DNA of 64,000 nucleotides from assembly GCA_020832045.1 (NCBI GenBank), contig JAFIFK010000082.1:27072-91071 (forward strand), written 5' to 3'. Source of the stretch: Halomonas sp. GTDB taxonomy: Bacteria; Pseudomonadota; Gammaproteobacteria; Pseudomonadales; Halomonadaceae. Made by a program: the position numbers and the translations under genes. A model generated the notes under the pieces. The model made no database searches. It was given only the letters and a program-made list of their open reading frames with translations, and had not been told where the DNA came from. This document shows positions 30,356-39,708 of this stretch, piece by piece (position 1 is the stretch's first letter; every line of letters starts with the position of its first letter).

Positions 30356-31087
30356 ATGTCGGCACCACAATCGGCACCACAATATGACCCACGAAACCAG
30401 CTGCTGGCGCTGCTGCCGGAGGACGAGTTGGCGCGCCTGCAGCCTCACCTCGAGCGTGTGGCGTTGCCGCTGGGAAAGTCGCTGAGTGAATCAGGGGGAG
30501 TGATGCACCATGTCTACTTTCCTCTGGATGCCATTGTGTCTCTGTTGTGCGTGATGGAAAACGGTGCCTCTACGGAAATCGCGGTGGTGGGCAATGAAGG
30601 CATAGTCGGCGTGTCCTTGTTCATGGGGGGGGAAACGACACCGAGCAGGGCCATCGTGCAGAGTGCTGGCGAGGCCTACCGACTCAAGGGGCAACGAATC
30701 AAGGACGAGTTCTACCGCGCCGGCACGATGCAGCGGCTGCTGCTTCGCTATACCCAAGCGCTGTTGACGCAAATGGCACAGACGGCAGTGTGCAACCGCC
30801 ACCACTCGGTTGATCAGCAGCTTTGTCGTTGGTTGCTACTGAGTCTTGATCGGTTGCCGGGTGATCAGCTCATCATGACCCAGGAGCTGATTGCGAACAT
30901 GCTGGGGGTGCGCCGAGAAGGTGTCACGGAATCCGCGGGTAAACTCCAGCGTGCGGGACTGATTGCCTACCACCGCGGACATATCACGGTTATTGACCGG
31001 CCCGGTCTCGAGGCGAGGGTGTGCGAGTGTTATGCGGTTGTGAAGCGAGAGTATGATCGCTTGCTGGGCCCTGAGGCCTTGCTCTAG
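30356..31087 (+). CDS. Crp/Fnr-family transcriptional regulator (copy 1)
   Basis: Cyclic-nucleotide-binding-like beta-roll (VYFPLDAIVS, EIAVVGNEG), HTH TQELIANMLGVRREGVTESAGKL, C-terminal CECY; AGGAGG RBS. Confidence 0.92.
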   Translation: MSAPQSAPQYDPRNQLLALLPEDELARLQPHLERVALPLGKSLSESGGVMHHVYFPLDAIVSLLCVMENGASTEIAVVGNEGIVGVSLFMGGETTPSRAIVQSAGEAYRLKGQRIKDEFYRAGTMQRLLLRYTQALLTQMAQTAVCNRHHSVDQQLCRWLLLSLDRLPGDQLIMTQELIANMLGVRREGVTESAGKLQRAGLIAYHRGHITVIDRPGLEARVCECYAVVKREYDRLLGPEALL

Positions 31088-31111
31088 GCCGTGTCGCCTC
31101 CGGCTGTCGTC

Positions 31112-31127
31112 TGTACGCTAGCGTGCC
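31112..31127 (+). promoter_or_regulatory. Candidate Crp-family box F (TGTACGCTAGCGTGCC) with extended -10 TGcTAACCT (hexamer 31149-31154)
   Basis: 21-nt spacing; lies between the two crp genes, upstream of crp2. Confidence 0.65.
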
Positions 31128-31267
31128 GACTAACCATTTCCGTCATGCTAACCTGCAGTTATATCGCCCGGACACTTTAGTATTTCGGGATATCGGTCTG
31201 CAGTCGACATTGCAATTTCGAGATCTTGTTCATGCCGCTTGCCAGGTACGTCTATACCGGAGCAGCC

Positions 31268-31996
31268 ATGACACCCTCTCTCATCGTACCTGCCGCCAAC
31301 CAGCTGCTTTCCCGTATTCCCCCGCAAGAGCTTGCCGTCTTCATGATGGAGTCTGAGCCCGTCACCCTGACCTTTGGTGACGTATTAGTCGAGCCGGGAG
31401 CCGTCATCGAGAAGGTCTACTTTCCCATCGACAGCTTTATCTCGCTTATCGTTGGTCTCGATGATGGCGATACGTTGGAGGTGACGATGGCGGGACGTGA
31501 AGGCATGATGGGAGCCTCACTGTTGCTCGGTGTTCAGGAGTCTCCTCTGCGTGCCCTTGTCCAAGGTGGCGGGGCGGCCCTGTGCATTGAGGCCGCTCGG
31601 TTCCAGTCACTACTGCTGACCTGCCCGGTATTGCACAAGCGGTTACTGCGCTACCTGTATGTGCTCATGAATCAAATTGCCCATACGGTCGCATGTACCC
31701 ACTTCCATCAGGTTGAGGCACGCCTGGCGCGCTGGTTACTGATGACTCAGGATCGCGCCGGCTCCGATAGCTTGCAGCTGACGCATGAATTTCTTGCGGT
31801 CATGCTGGGCGTCAGGCGAGCCGGTATCACCCAGGCCGCAACGGCGCTGCAAGCCCGGGGGGTGATACGCTATCATCGTGGTAGCATCACGGTGATTGAT
31901 AGGGCGGGCCTGGTCGAAGCGTCATGTGGGTGTTATGCCCACGATTGCTCACTTTACGCGCAGGTGCTTGGCGCTCCGCTGGACCCTTCATCATAA
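31268..31996 (+). CDS. Crp/Fnr-family transcriptional regulator (copy 2)
   Basis: NQLLSRIP, VYFPIDSFIS, GREGMMG, HTH THEFLAVMLGVRRAGITQAATAL, CGCY. Start set at ATG 31268 (GGAG RBS); 31226 and 31232 are alternatives. Confidence 0.9.
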   Translation: MTPSLIVPAANQLLSRIPPQELAVFMMESEPVTLTFGDVLVEPGAVIEKVYFPIDSFISLIVGLDDGDTLEVTMAGREGMMGASLLLGVQESPLRALVQGGGAALCIEAARFQSLLLTCPVLHKRLLRYLYVLMNQIAHTVACTHFHQVEARLARWLLMTQDRAGSDSLQLTHEFLAVMLGVRRAGITQAATALQARGVIRYHRGSITVIDRAGLVEASCGCYAHDCSLYAQVLGAPLDPSS

Positions 31997-32060
31997 GTTG
32001 ATGGATTGATGGACCGGGGTGGAGAAATTGAACTGTATTGTGGTCTACAATAAGTTGAGG

Positions 32061-32159
32061 TAGAAGCGGCGGGAGCCGCCGCGAAACTGCCTTCTAGCGC
32101 GAACCGACGAGCGGAGAGCCCGTAACGGTTCGCCTGATACATGCAGGGGGAGCCCCTGC
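32061..32159 (+). ncRNA. Structured nadA leader (candidate cis-regulatory RNA)
   Basis: Three consecutive stems: TAGAAG[GCGGCGG-GAG-CCGCCGC]CTTCTA, GCGAACCG...CGGTTCGC and GCAGGGG-GAG-CCCCTGC. Confidence 0.35.
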
Positions 32160-32179
32160 CAGTCACAGTGGTAGACACG

Positions 32180-33208
32180 ATGACGATCATGACTTCCCGA
32201 ATCGAAGTGCGCGAGCATCTGGCCCGCGCCTACTGCCCGACCCGTATTCCGGCCGAGGATGAGGCTCGCATCGACGAGATCAAGCGTCTACTCGAGCTGC
32301 ATAATGCGGTGCTGGTCGCCCACTACTACACCGATGACGCCATTCAGCAGTTGGCCGAAGAGACCGGCGGCTGCGTTGCCGACTCGCTGGAGATGGCCCG
32401 CTTCGGAGCGCGTCACGAGGCCGAAACCCTGGTGGTGGCCGGCGTGCGCTTCATGGGCGAGACGGCCAAGATCCTATCCCCCGAGAAGCGTGTGCTGATG
32501 CCCACCCTGGAAGCGACCTGCTCGCTGGATATCGGCTGTCCGGCAGACCAGTTCAGTGCCTTCTGCGATCAACACCCCGATCGTACCGTGGTGGTCTATG
32601 CCAATACCTCGGCAGCGGTGAAGGCGCGTGCCGACTGGGTGGTGACTTCTTCCATTGCGGTGGATGTCATCGAACACCTGCAGGCCCGCGGCGAGAAGAT
32701 CCTGTGGGCCCCCGACAAACACCTTGGCGGCTATATCCAGCAGAAGACCGGTGCCGACATGCTGATGTGGGACGGTGCCTGCATCGTGCACGAGGAGTTC
32801 AAGGCCAAGGGTATCGAAGACCTCAAGGGGCTCTACCCCGAGGCGGCCGTGCTGGTGCACCCGGAGTCGCCTGCTGCGGTAGTGGCATTGGCCGACGTGG
32901 CCGGTTCGACCTCGCAGTTGATCAAGGCGGCCAAGGAGTTGCCCCACGACAAGCTGATCGTAGCCACCGACCGTGGCATCTTCTTCAAGATGCAGCAGAT
33001 GGTGCCTGAAAAGACCCTTTTCGAGGCGCCAACTGCCGGTAACGGCGCAACCTGCCGAAGCTGTGCTCACTGCCCGTGGATGGCGATGAACGCCTTGGAT
33101 AATCTTGCGGGTGCCTTGCGCGAGGGCAGCGGTGAGATCTTCGTCGATGCCGAACTGCGCCAGCGTGCACTCAAGCCACTGGAGCGGATGCTCAACTTCC
33201 AGAAGTAA
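32180..33208 (+). CDS. nadA: Quinolinate synthase A
   Basis: [31 protein letters not shown] Fe-S cysteine motifs. Confidence 0.97.
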   Translation: MTIMTSRIEVREHLARAYCPTRIPAEDEARIDEIKRLLELHNAVLVAHYYTDDAIQQLAEETGGCVADSLEMARFGARHEAETLVVAGVRFMGETAKILSPEKRVLMPTLEATCSLDIGCPADQFSAFCDQHPDRTVVVYANTSAAVKARADWVVTSSIAVDVIEHLQARGEKILWAPDKHLGGYIQQKTGADMLMWDGACIVHEEFKAKGIEDLKGLYPEAAVLVHPESPAAVVALADVAGSTSQLIKAAKELPHDKLIVATDRGIFFKMQQMVPEKTLFEAPTAGNGATCRSCAHCPWMAMNALDNLAGALREGSGEIFVDAELRQRALKPLERMLNFQK

Positions 33209-33248
33209 CGGGTGCCGGGCCGATCGGCCGTGCTGATGCGCCTGTCTG

Positions 33249-33274
33249 GCCCGCGACACTGTCGCGGGCTTTTT
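33249..33274 (+). terminator. Rho-independent terminator after nadA
   Basis: GCCCGCGAC-ACT-GTCGCGGGC-TTTTT. Confidence 0.85.
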
Positions 33275-33276
33275 CA

Positions 33277-34731
33277 TCAAAACTTCTCCATCGTCTCCCG
33301 GTAGCCCACGAAGGCCTCGCGCCGCTGTTCGATGCGCGCCAGGGCATTGCCGTCGCCGCTCTGTTCGGCGACCTGGCGGGCCACGTCGAGCTGACGAATC
33401 GCACGCTGAATATCGCCTGTGAGCTGCATGTTTTCGGCCCGGGCCAGGTGGCCCCAGGCTTCTCGGCCGCTACGACCTGCGGCTTCGGCGAGCAGGGTGA
33501 AGACCTGTGGGTCCTCGGGGCGGCGTTCGGAGAGGTCGCGCAGTATGCGATAGGCTTCGTTGGGGTCGCGCTGCAGCAGCGCTTCGCCCAGGGTTCGTGT
33601 GGCCGGCATATGGCCAGGCATCAAGCGCAGAATGCGCCGGCTGCGCTCGATGGCATCGTCATAGCGGCCGGCCTGGTAGGCTATGTCGGCGGCGCTGACC
33701 GGCAGGAGTGCCAGATCGGGTAATTCTCGGGCCAAGGCATCGAGCTGGCTGAGTGCGCTGTCGGTCTGGCCATGATGCGCGGCAATAAGGGCATCCAGAT
33801 AGCGCCTGGCGGTTTGGGGGGCGTCGCCTTGGGCAAAGCGAGTCGCTGCTTGCTGTGGGTCGCGCTGATTCACCGTCAACAGGGCACGTGCGCGAATCAG
33901 GTGATAACTCGGGTCGTCCTGGCGAGGACGGATGGCCTCGAGCTGCGAGGCGCGGGACTCGGCGTCGCTGATGCGTGACTCGGTAAGTGGGTGAGTGAGC
34001 AGGAATTCCGGCGGGTTGCCGCCCTGGAGGCTTACCTGGCGCTGCATGTCGCGAAACATCCTGACCATGGCCTGGGGGTCGAAGCCTGCCTGAGCCATGG
34101 TTTGCAGGCCGAGGCGGTCGGCCTCCTGCTCGAAACGCCGCGAGTAGGCCAGTCGGTCCTGAATGAAGGCGGCCTGGGAGCCCATGGCGGCAGCAATGCC
34201 AGCCTCGCCGCCGCCGCTGGCGGCAATCAGCATTCCAGCCAGCATGGCCGCCATGGCGGGCAGCTGAGTCTGCTCAGCACGGGCCTGACCGCGAGCATAG
34301 TGGCGCTGAGATAGGTGGCCCAGCTCGTGGGCCACTACCGAGGCGACCGCATCCTCTTCATCGGCAAAGGCGAACAGGCCGGCATTGATGCCGATGACCC
34401 CACCGGGAACGGCAAAGGCATTGAGCGTGCGGCTGTCCACCATCGTCACTACGGTACGGGTGTCCGCGAGCCCGCTATGGGGCAGTAGGCGCGCCAATAG
34501 CGTCTCGACGTAATCCTGGGCGATGGCGTCGTGCCAGATGGGGGCTCGGGCCCGGAACTGGCGCAGCCAGGCGCGGCCCAGGCGATACTCCTCGCCCGTC
34601 ATGGCCTGGCTGGTGCCCGTCAAACTGGGTAGGCCGTAGTCGTCCGAGGCACTTGCCGGGGCGGGCGCGGCCAACGTGAGCATCAAGGCAGCAACGCCAG
34701 TGGTCAGGCAGGTTCGGGTCTTGCGCAGCAT
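33277..34731 (-). CDS. bepA: M48 periplasmic metalloprotease/chaperone BepA (YfgC)
   Basis: NAFAVPGG, AHELGH, SRRFEQEADRLG, LLTHP, TPR-like C-terminus; signal peptide. Confidence 0.9.
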   Translation of the reverse strand: MLRKTRTCLTTGVAALMLTLAAPAPASASDDYGLPSLTGTSQAMTGEEYRLGRAWLRQFRARAPIWHDAIAQDYVETLLARLLPHSGLADTRTVVTMVDSRTLNAFAVPGGVIGINAGLFAFADEEDAVASVVAHELGHLSQRHYARGQARAEQTQLPAMAAMLAGMLIAASGGGEAGIAAAMGSQAAFIQDRLAYSRRFEQEADRLGLQTMAQAGFDPQAMVRMFRDMQRQVSLQGGNPPEFLLTHPLTESRISDAESRASQLEAIRPRQDDPSYHLIRARALLTVNQRDPQQAATRFAQGDAPQTARRYLDALIAAHHGQTDSALSQLDALARELPDLALLPVSAADIAYQAGRYDDAIERSRRILRLMPGHMPATRTLGEALLQRDPNEAYRILRDLSERRPEDPQVFTLLAEAAGRSGREAWGHLARAENMQLTGDIQRAIRQLDVARQVAEQSGDGNALARIEQRREAFVGYRETMEKF

Positions 34732-34878
34732 GTGCCAGTCTCGTGTTAGGCGGCAGGTCAGTTTCTATCCGACATTGATTCGGCCCGCAAAGTGCCTTTA
34801 AATCTCAAGGGTTTTACGCTTTCGTGCAAGGCCTCTGCGTCTTGCAGGAGGCGCATTGGCATTTTCTCGGGAGACGAC

Positions 34879-35127
34879 ATGGCTGTGCAACCAGATGATG
34901 TACTCGATGCCTGCGGCCTGCCTTGCCCCCTGCCACTACTCAAGGCAAAGCAAGCATTGGCGAGGCTCCAGGCCGGTCAGGTACTCGAGATCAGAGCGAC
35001 CGACGCCGGCTCCTGGCGTGATTTCGAGACCTTCGCCGAACACAGCATTCATCACCTGATGGCGCGTGAGGAACGGGGCGAGGTCTACCATTACTGGCTG
35101 CGCAAGGGCGAGGTGCCCGCCGCATGA
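34879..35127 (+). CDS. TusA/SirA-family sulfurtransferase
   Basis: LDACGLPCPLPLLKAK motif, 82 aa; bepA-tusA-like-perM synteny. Confidence 0.88.
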   Translation: MAVQPDDVLDACGLPCPLPLLKAKQALARLQAGQVLEIRATDAGSWRDFETFAEHSIHHLMAREERGEVYHYWLRKGEVPAA

Positions 35128-36230
35128 CGCTGCGAGAGGTCTTCAAGGGCTGGGTCGAGCACTACTTCTCCGACGAAGAAGCGGTGATCATGCTGGTGTT
35201 GCTGGTGCTGGGCTTCGCCGTGGTGATTCTTTTCGGTCGTATGCTGGCCCCCTTCCTCACCGCCCTGGTCATCGCATTCCTGCTGCAGGGGGGGGTGAAT
35301 GCCCTGACGCGCCGTGGCGTGCCGCACCTGCTGGCTGTGATCCTGATATTTCTTGCCTTTATCGGTGTGCTATTGGCGCTGGCGTTCATCCTGATGCCCT
35401 TGATATGGAACCAGCTGGTGGGGCTGGTTCAAGAAACGCCACGCATCGTGGCCAGCGGGCAGCGCTGGCTGGATGACGTCCAGGAACGCTATCCCAACCT
35501 GGTGACGCCGGATCAAGTGCAGGAGTGGATTGCCGTGGCGGGCCGCGAGCTGACCCAGTTCGGCCAGCGTGCTCTGACGCTCTCGCTGGCCTCGTTGGGC
35601 AACGTGCTGGCGCTGATTATCTATCTGGTGCTGGTGCCGATTCTGGTGTTCTTTCTTCTCAAGGATCGCGAACAGCTGGTGGGCTTCACCCTGTCGCTGC
35701 TGCCGCAGCAGCGTTCACTGATGACGCGTATCTGGCAGGAGATGGATACACAGATCGCCAACTACGTGCGCGGCAAGTTCGTCGAGATCATCATCGTCGG
35801 TACGGTATCGTTCTTCACCTTTGCCTTTTTCGGCTTACCTTACTCGGCGCTGCTGGCGGTACTGGTGGGCTTCTCGGTATTGGTGCCTTATATCGGTGCC
35901 GCAGTGGCGACTCTTCCGGTGGCGGCGGTGGCGGGTTTTCACTTCGGCATGAGCGAGCAGTTTCTCTACGTACTGATCGCCTATGGCGTGATCCAGGCAC
36001 TGGATGGCAACGTGCTGGTGCCGATTCTCTTCTCCGAGGCGGTCAACCTGCATCCGGTGTCGATCATCGTGGCAGTGCTGTTCTTCGGCGGGGTGTGGGG
36101 ATTCTGGGGTATCTTCTTTGCCATCCCCCTGGCCACGCTGCTGAAGGCGCTGGTATATGCCTGGCCGCGGGGTATCAGGCAGCATCATGACTCACAGCTG
36201 ATCGTCGAGCTGGAGCAGCCCGAGGAGTGA
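35124..36230 (+). CDS. perM: AI-2E family transporter (PerM-like)
   Basis: LVPYIGA, IQALDGNVLVPILFSE, LHPVSIIVAVLFFG, IFFAIPLA. Confidence 0.85.
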   Translation: MTLREVFKGWVEHYFSDEEAVIMLVLLVLGFAVVILFGRMLAPFLTALVIAFLLQGGVNALTRRGVPHLLAVILIFLAFIGVLLALAFILMPLIWNQLVGLVQETPRIVASGQRWLDDVQERYPNLVTPDQVQEWIAVAGRELTQFGQRALTLSLASLGNVLALIIYLVLVPILVFFLLKDREQLVGFTLSLLPQQRSLMTRIWQEMDTQIANYVRGKFVEIIIVGTVSFFTFAFFGLPYSALLAVLVGFSVLVPYIGAAVATLPVAAVAGFHFGMSEQFLYVLIAYGVIQALDGNVLVPILFSEAVNLHPVSIIVAVLFFGGVWGFWGIFFAIPLATLLKALVYAWPRGIRQHHDSQLIVELEQPEE

Positions 36231-36243
36231 GGCGCCAGTGGCA

Positions 36244-36276
36244 TCCGTCCGGCTGACCGAGCCGGACGGAGCAAAA
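36244..36276. terminator. Terminator between convergent perM and bcp
   Basis: TCCGTCCGGCT-GACCG-AGCCGGACGGA followed by GCAAAA (a T-run on the minus strand). Confidence 0.75.
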
Positions 36277-36292
36277 GTGGCTTCATGGGGTC

Positions 36293-36769
36293 TTAGTGGC
36301 TGGTATGAAGTGCCTGTGCAGCTTCGAGAACTTCCTGAGCGTGACCGTTGACCTTGACGCCGCGCCATTCGCGGGCGAGCCTGCCTTCAGCATCGATCAG
36401 GAAGGTACTTCGCTCGATCCCGAGGTGCTCCTTGCCATACAGCTTCTTCAGTTTGATGACGTCGAACAGCTTGCAGACCTCCTCGTCCTTGTCGGAGATC
36501 AGTTCGAAGTTGAAGTCCTGCTTGGCCTTGAAGTTCTCCTGAGCGCGAATGCCATCCCGTGAGACGCCGAGAATGACCGTATTGGCAGCTTCGAATTCGC
36601 TCATTCGGTCGCGAAAGTCGCCGCCCTCGGTGGTACAGCCGGGCGTACTGGCCTTGGGGTAGAAGTAGATCACTACCTGACGGCCCTTGAACTGATCGAG
36701 GGAAACGCTGGTGTCGCCGGTGGCGGCAGCGGTGAAGTGTGGAACGGGCTGTCCGATGGCAAGCGTCAC
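36293..36769 (-). CDS. bcp: Thioredoxin-dependent peroxiredoxin Bcp
   Basis: YFYPKASTPGCTTE, ERSTFLID; GTG start at 36769 with AGGAG RBS. Confidence 0.93.
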   Translation of the reverse strand: MTLAIGQPVPHFTAAATGDTSVSLDQFKGRQVVIYFYPKASTPGCTTEGGDFRDRMSEFEAANTVILGVSRDGIRAQENFKAKQDFNFELISDKDEEVCKLFDVIKLKKLYGKEHLGIERSTFLIDAEGRLAREWRGVKVNGHAQEVLEAAQALHTSH

Positions 36770-36952
36770 AGAGGCTCCTATGATCCATGTAAGGCGCTTT
36801 ATTACACGCAGACCGACGCCCACTGTCAAAGAGCCCGACAGCGTGCTGTACAGGCCTGTGTGGCCTGAGTACCATTTACCCTTTGTTCGTGACCCTGTCG
36901 ATGTATGGCACACGAAGGCGGCATGAGCGCTATTGCGTAGAGGAAAGAGAGG

Positions 36953-37837
36953 ATGATCACTGGCAGTATCGTCGCCCTGGCGACGCCGATGAAGACAAAT
37001 GGCGATATCGACTGGGAGGCGTTGCGCCGCTTGGTGAACTTTCACCTGGAGAACGGTACCGACGGGATCGTGGCGGCCGGCACTACCGGGGAGCCCACCA
37101 CCATGTCGTTCGCGGAGCATTTCGATGTGATCCGCGCCGTGGTGGAAGAGGTCGACGGACGCATTCCGGTAATTGCCGGCACAGGGGCCAACGCCACCTC
37201 CGAGGCCGTGGAACTCGCTCGCTATGCCAGCGAAGTGGGCGCCGACTACTGCCTTTCAGTTTGTCCGTACTACAACAAACCCACCCAGGAAGGGCTGTAT
37301 CGCCATTTCAAGGCCGTGGCAGAGGGCAGCCGCCTGCCGGTGATTCTCTACAACGTACCCGGTCGCACCTGCTCCGATCTCTACAACGAAACCGTGATGC
37401 GTTTGGCCGAGATCGATAACATCATCGGCTTGAAGGATGCCACCGGCAATCTGGAGCGCGCCGAGGATCTCATCTCACGGCTCAAGGGCAGTGGCTTCAT
37501 GCTCTACTCCGGCGATGACGGCACCGCCTGCGAGTACATGCTGATGGGCGGCAACGGCGACATTTCAGTCACCGCCAACGTGGCGCCCAAGGCCATGCAC
37601 GAGCTTTGCGCAGCGGCCATCGCGGGTGACGCCGACCGGGCGCATCAGATCAATACCCGCCTGATGCCGCTGCATACCAATCTCGGCATCGAGTCCAACC
37701 CGATTCCGGTCAAGTGGGCGTTGCAGCGCATGGGCATGATCGACCAGGGGATTCGCCTGCCGCTCACCTGGCTCTCCAGCAAGTACCACGCGACGGTTGA
37801 CGAGGCCCTGCAACTGGCTGGCGTGATCGAAGATTGA
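36953..37837 (+). CDS. dapA: 4-hydroxy-tetrahydrodipicolinate synthase
   Basis: [33 protein letters not shown]. Confidence 0.97.
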   Translation: MITGSIVALATPMKTNGDIDWEALRRLVNFHLENGTDGIVAAGTTGEPTTMSFAEHFDVIRAVVEEVDGRIPVIAGTGANATSEAVELARYASEVGADYCLSVCPYYNKPTQEGLYRHFKAVAEGSRLPVILYNVPGRTCSDLYNETVMRLAEIDNIIGLKDATGNLERAEDLISRLKGSGFMLYSGDDGTACEYMLMGGNGDISVTANVAPKAMHELCAAAIAGDADRAHQINTRLMPLHTNLGIESNPIPVKWALQRMGMIDQGIRLPLTWLSSKYHATVDEALQLAGVIED

Positions 37838-37886
37838 GGCGGACGAAGTGCTCGCCGCCCCGAGAACCTGACTGCAAGGTGACTGC

Positions 37887-38858
37887 ATGAATTCTGCGCT
37901 GAAATGGATGCCGCTGGTGGCCGTGGCTGCCCTGGCCACTGCCGGCTGCGCCCGCGAAGGCTTCTATGACGACCGCAACATCGATTACGTGAGTGCCGAG
38001 CGCAGTGCGCCCCTGGTACTTCCGGAAGGCCGCAACCAGCAGCGCTATCGGGATGCCATGCCGGTACCCCAGGCGCAAGGCAGCCTGCATCGCAGCGATG
38101 AGCGTTTCCGCGCCCCTAGCCCGACCCGCCTGGCATCGGGCAGTACGGTGGAGCGGGACTTCGTCGAACGGCGTGAGATCGGCAGCGATCGCTGGCTGGT
38201 GGTGGCGGCCGACCCGGGCATGGTATGGCCTCAGCTGCAGGACTTCACTCGTGCTCGCGGCTTACAGGTTCAGTCCAGCGACGATGCTCGTGGCGTCATG
38301 GAGACGACGCAGGGCCGTCTGAGCGTACGTCAGGGGCTGCGTGAGGAAGACAGTGAGGTTCGCTGCGATCAGAACGGGCGTCCGGTGGCTGCCTGTCTCG
38401 ATGCGCTGGAGCAGCACTTCAGCGCGCGTAGCGCCACTGCCAGCGCCGCCTCCCTGGCCGGCCAGCAGATTGCCAGTGAAGACCGGTTGAGGCTGGAGCA
38501 GCTCGCCAGCGGCGAATGGGTCGTGCACATTCCGCTGGATATCGACCGCGTCTGGGCCGAGCTGAACCATCAGCTGCAGTCCGACTTCACCGTCGAGGGT
38601 CGTCGTGAACTGCTGGAGCAGAACCCGCAGCAGCACGACTTCCTGGTCAACTACATGACCCTTTCCGAGCGGGGGCGCGGCTTCCTGCAGATTGTCTTGA
38701 GTGCCGACGTGCGCCAGATGGCTCAGGAGGTTCGTCTGGTGCTGGAGCCCCAGGGAGCCGAGCGCACGACCCTGCGCGCCGTCAACGAAAGCGAGCGCGG
38801 CTTCGAGGCCGAAGATGCCCGTGAGTTGCTCGAGCGCGTGGCGGGTCTGCTGCGCTAA
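37887..38858 (+). CDS. bamC: BamC/NlpB-like outer-membrane lipoprotein
   Basis: Lipobox LATAGC; canonical position between dapA and purC. Confidence 0.7.
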   Translation: MNSALKWMPLVAVAALATAGCAREGFYDDRNIDYVSAERSAPLVLPEGRNQQRYRDAMPVPQAQGSLHRSDERFRAPSPTRLASGSTVERDFVERREIGSDRWLVVAADPGMVWPQLQDFTRARGLQVQSSDDARGVMETTQGRLSVRQGLREEDSEVRCDQNGRPVAACLDALEQHFSARSATASAASLAGQQIASEDRLRLEQLASGEWVVHIPLDIDRVWAELNHQLQSDFTVEGRRELLEQNPQQHDFLVNYMTLSERGRGFLQIVLSADVRQMAQEVRLVLEPQGAERTTLRAVNESERGFEAEDARELLERVAGLLR

Positions 38859-39664
38859 TGACGCAGGGGCAAGTCATCGATCCGCTGTCGCAGCGAGGCA
38901 GGATCTGCTTTGCGTCGCTCGGCAGCGGCAGCAAGGGTAATGCGACCTTGGTCTGCGATGGCGAGACTACGCTGTTGGTCGATTGCGGCTTCGGGCTGCG
39001 CGACGCCGAGCGCCGGTTGGCTCGGCTGGGCTTGCATCCTCGTCAGCTCGATGCCGTGCTGGTCACCCATGAGCACGGTGACCATCTGCGTGGAGTAGGG
39101 CCGCTGGCGCGTCGCCATGCAGTGCCGGTCTACATTACCCCTGGCACCTGGCTCTCCGGTCGGCTCGGCGAGGTTCCGCAGCGCCACTGGATCACGCCCC
39201 AGTCGCGTTTTACGGTGAAGAGTCTGACGATCGATCCGATCACGGTGCCCCACGATGCCCGCGAGCCGGTTCAGTTTCGCTTCGAGTCCTGTGGTCGCCA
39301 TCTCGGCGTGCTGACCGATCTTGGCCACCCTACCGACCATGTCATCGAGACCTTCAAAGGCTGCGATGCGCTGGTGATCGAATGCAATCACGATCGTCGC
39401 ATGCTGGAGATCGGGCCGTATCCGCCTCGTCTCAAACGGCGTGTTGGAGGCAATTGGGGTCACCTTGCCAACGTTCAGGCGGCGTCCTTGCTGCAGCGGC
39501 TGGGGCTGGATCGTCTTCAGCGCATCGTCTGTTCGCATCTGTCGGAACACAACAACCGCCCCGAGCTGGCGCTCGAGGCCCTGATGCCGCTGCTTGACGG
39601 CGACGGCTCACGTCTGACCATTGCTGCCCAGGACAGCGGGATGCACTGGCAGACGATCAACTGA
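38858..39664 (+). CDS. MBL-fold metallo-hydrolase (YycJ-like)
   Basis: [34 protein letters not shown]. Confidence 0.9.
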   Translation: MTQGQVIDPLSQRGRICFASLGSGSKGNATLVCDGETTLLVDCGFGLRDAERRLARLGLHPRQLDAVLVTHEHGDHLRGVGPLARRHAVPVYITPGTWLSGRLGEVPQRHWITPQSRFTVKSLTIDPITVPHDAREPVQFRFESCGRHLGVLTDLGHPTDHVIETFKGCDALVIECNHDRRMLEIGPYPPRLKRRVGGNWGHLANVQAASLLQRLGLDRLQRIVCSHLSEHNNRPELALEALMPLLDGDGSRLTIAAQDSGMHWQTIN

Positions 39665-39708
39665 ATTGCCACTCTCAGGTCATGCCTTCATCCTTTCTGG
39701 AGACTCCC

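Larger units (their letters stand above)
17544..31996. mobile_element. Putative accessory island between tRNA-Lys and nadA (no mobility genes seen)
   Basis: Directly abuts the tRNA terminator; visibly more A/T-ending codons and AT-rich spacers than the flanks; housekeeping genes resume at nadA. No integrase and no duplicated tRNA 3' end found. Confidence 0.5.

Noticed and set aside
32000-32159. CsrB/RsmZ-type sRNA hypothesis (several GGA motifs)
   Set aside because: No GacA box or intrinsic terminator, and the loop GGAs lack the ANGGA context; kept only as a structured-leader finding.
31997-32179. Search for an attR (tRNA-Lys 3' duplicate) at the right island edge
   Set aside because: No match to GGTTCGAATCCTACACGACCCACCA found by eye.
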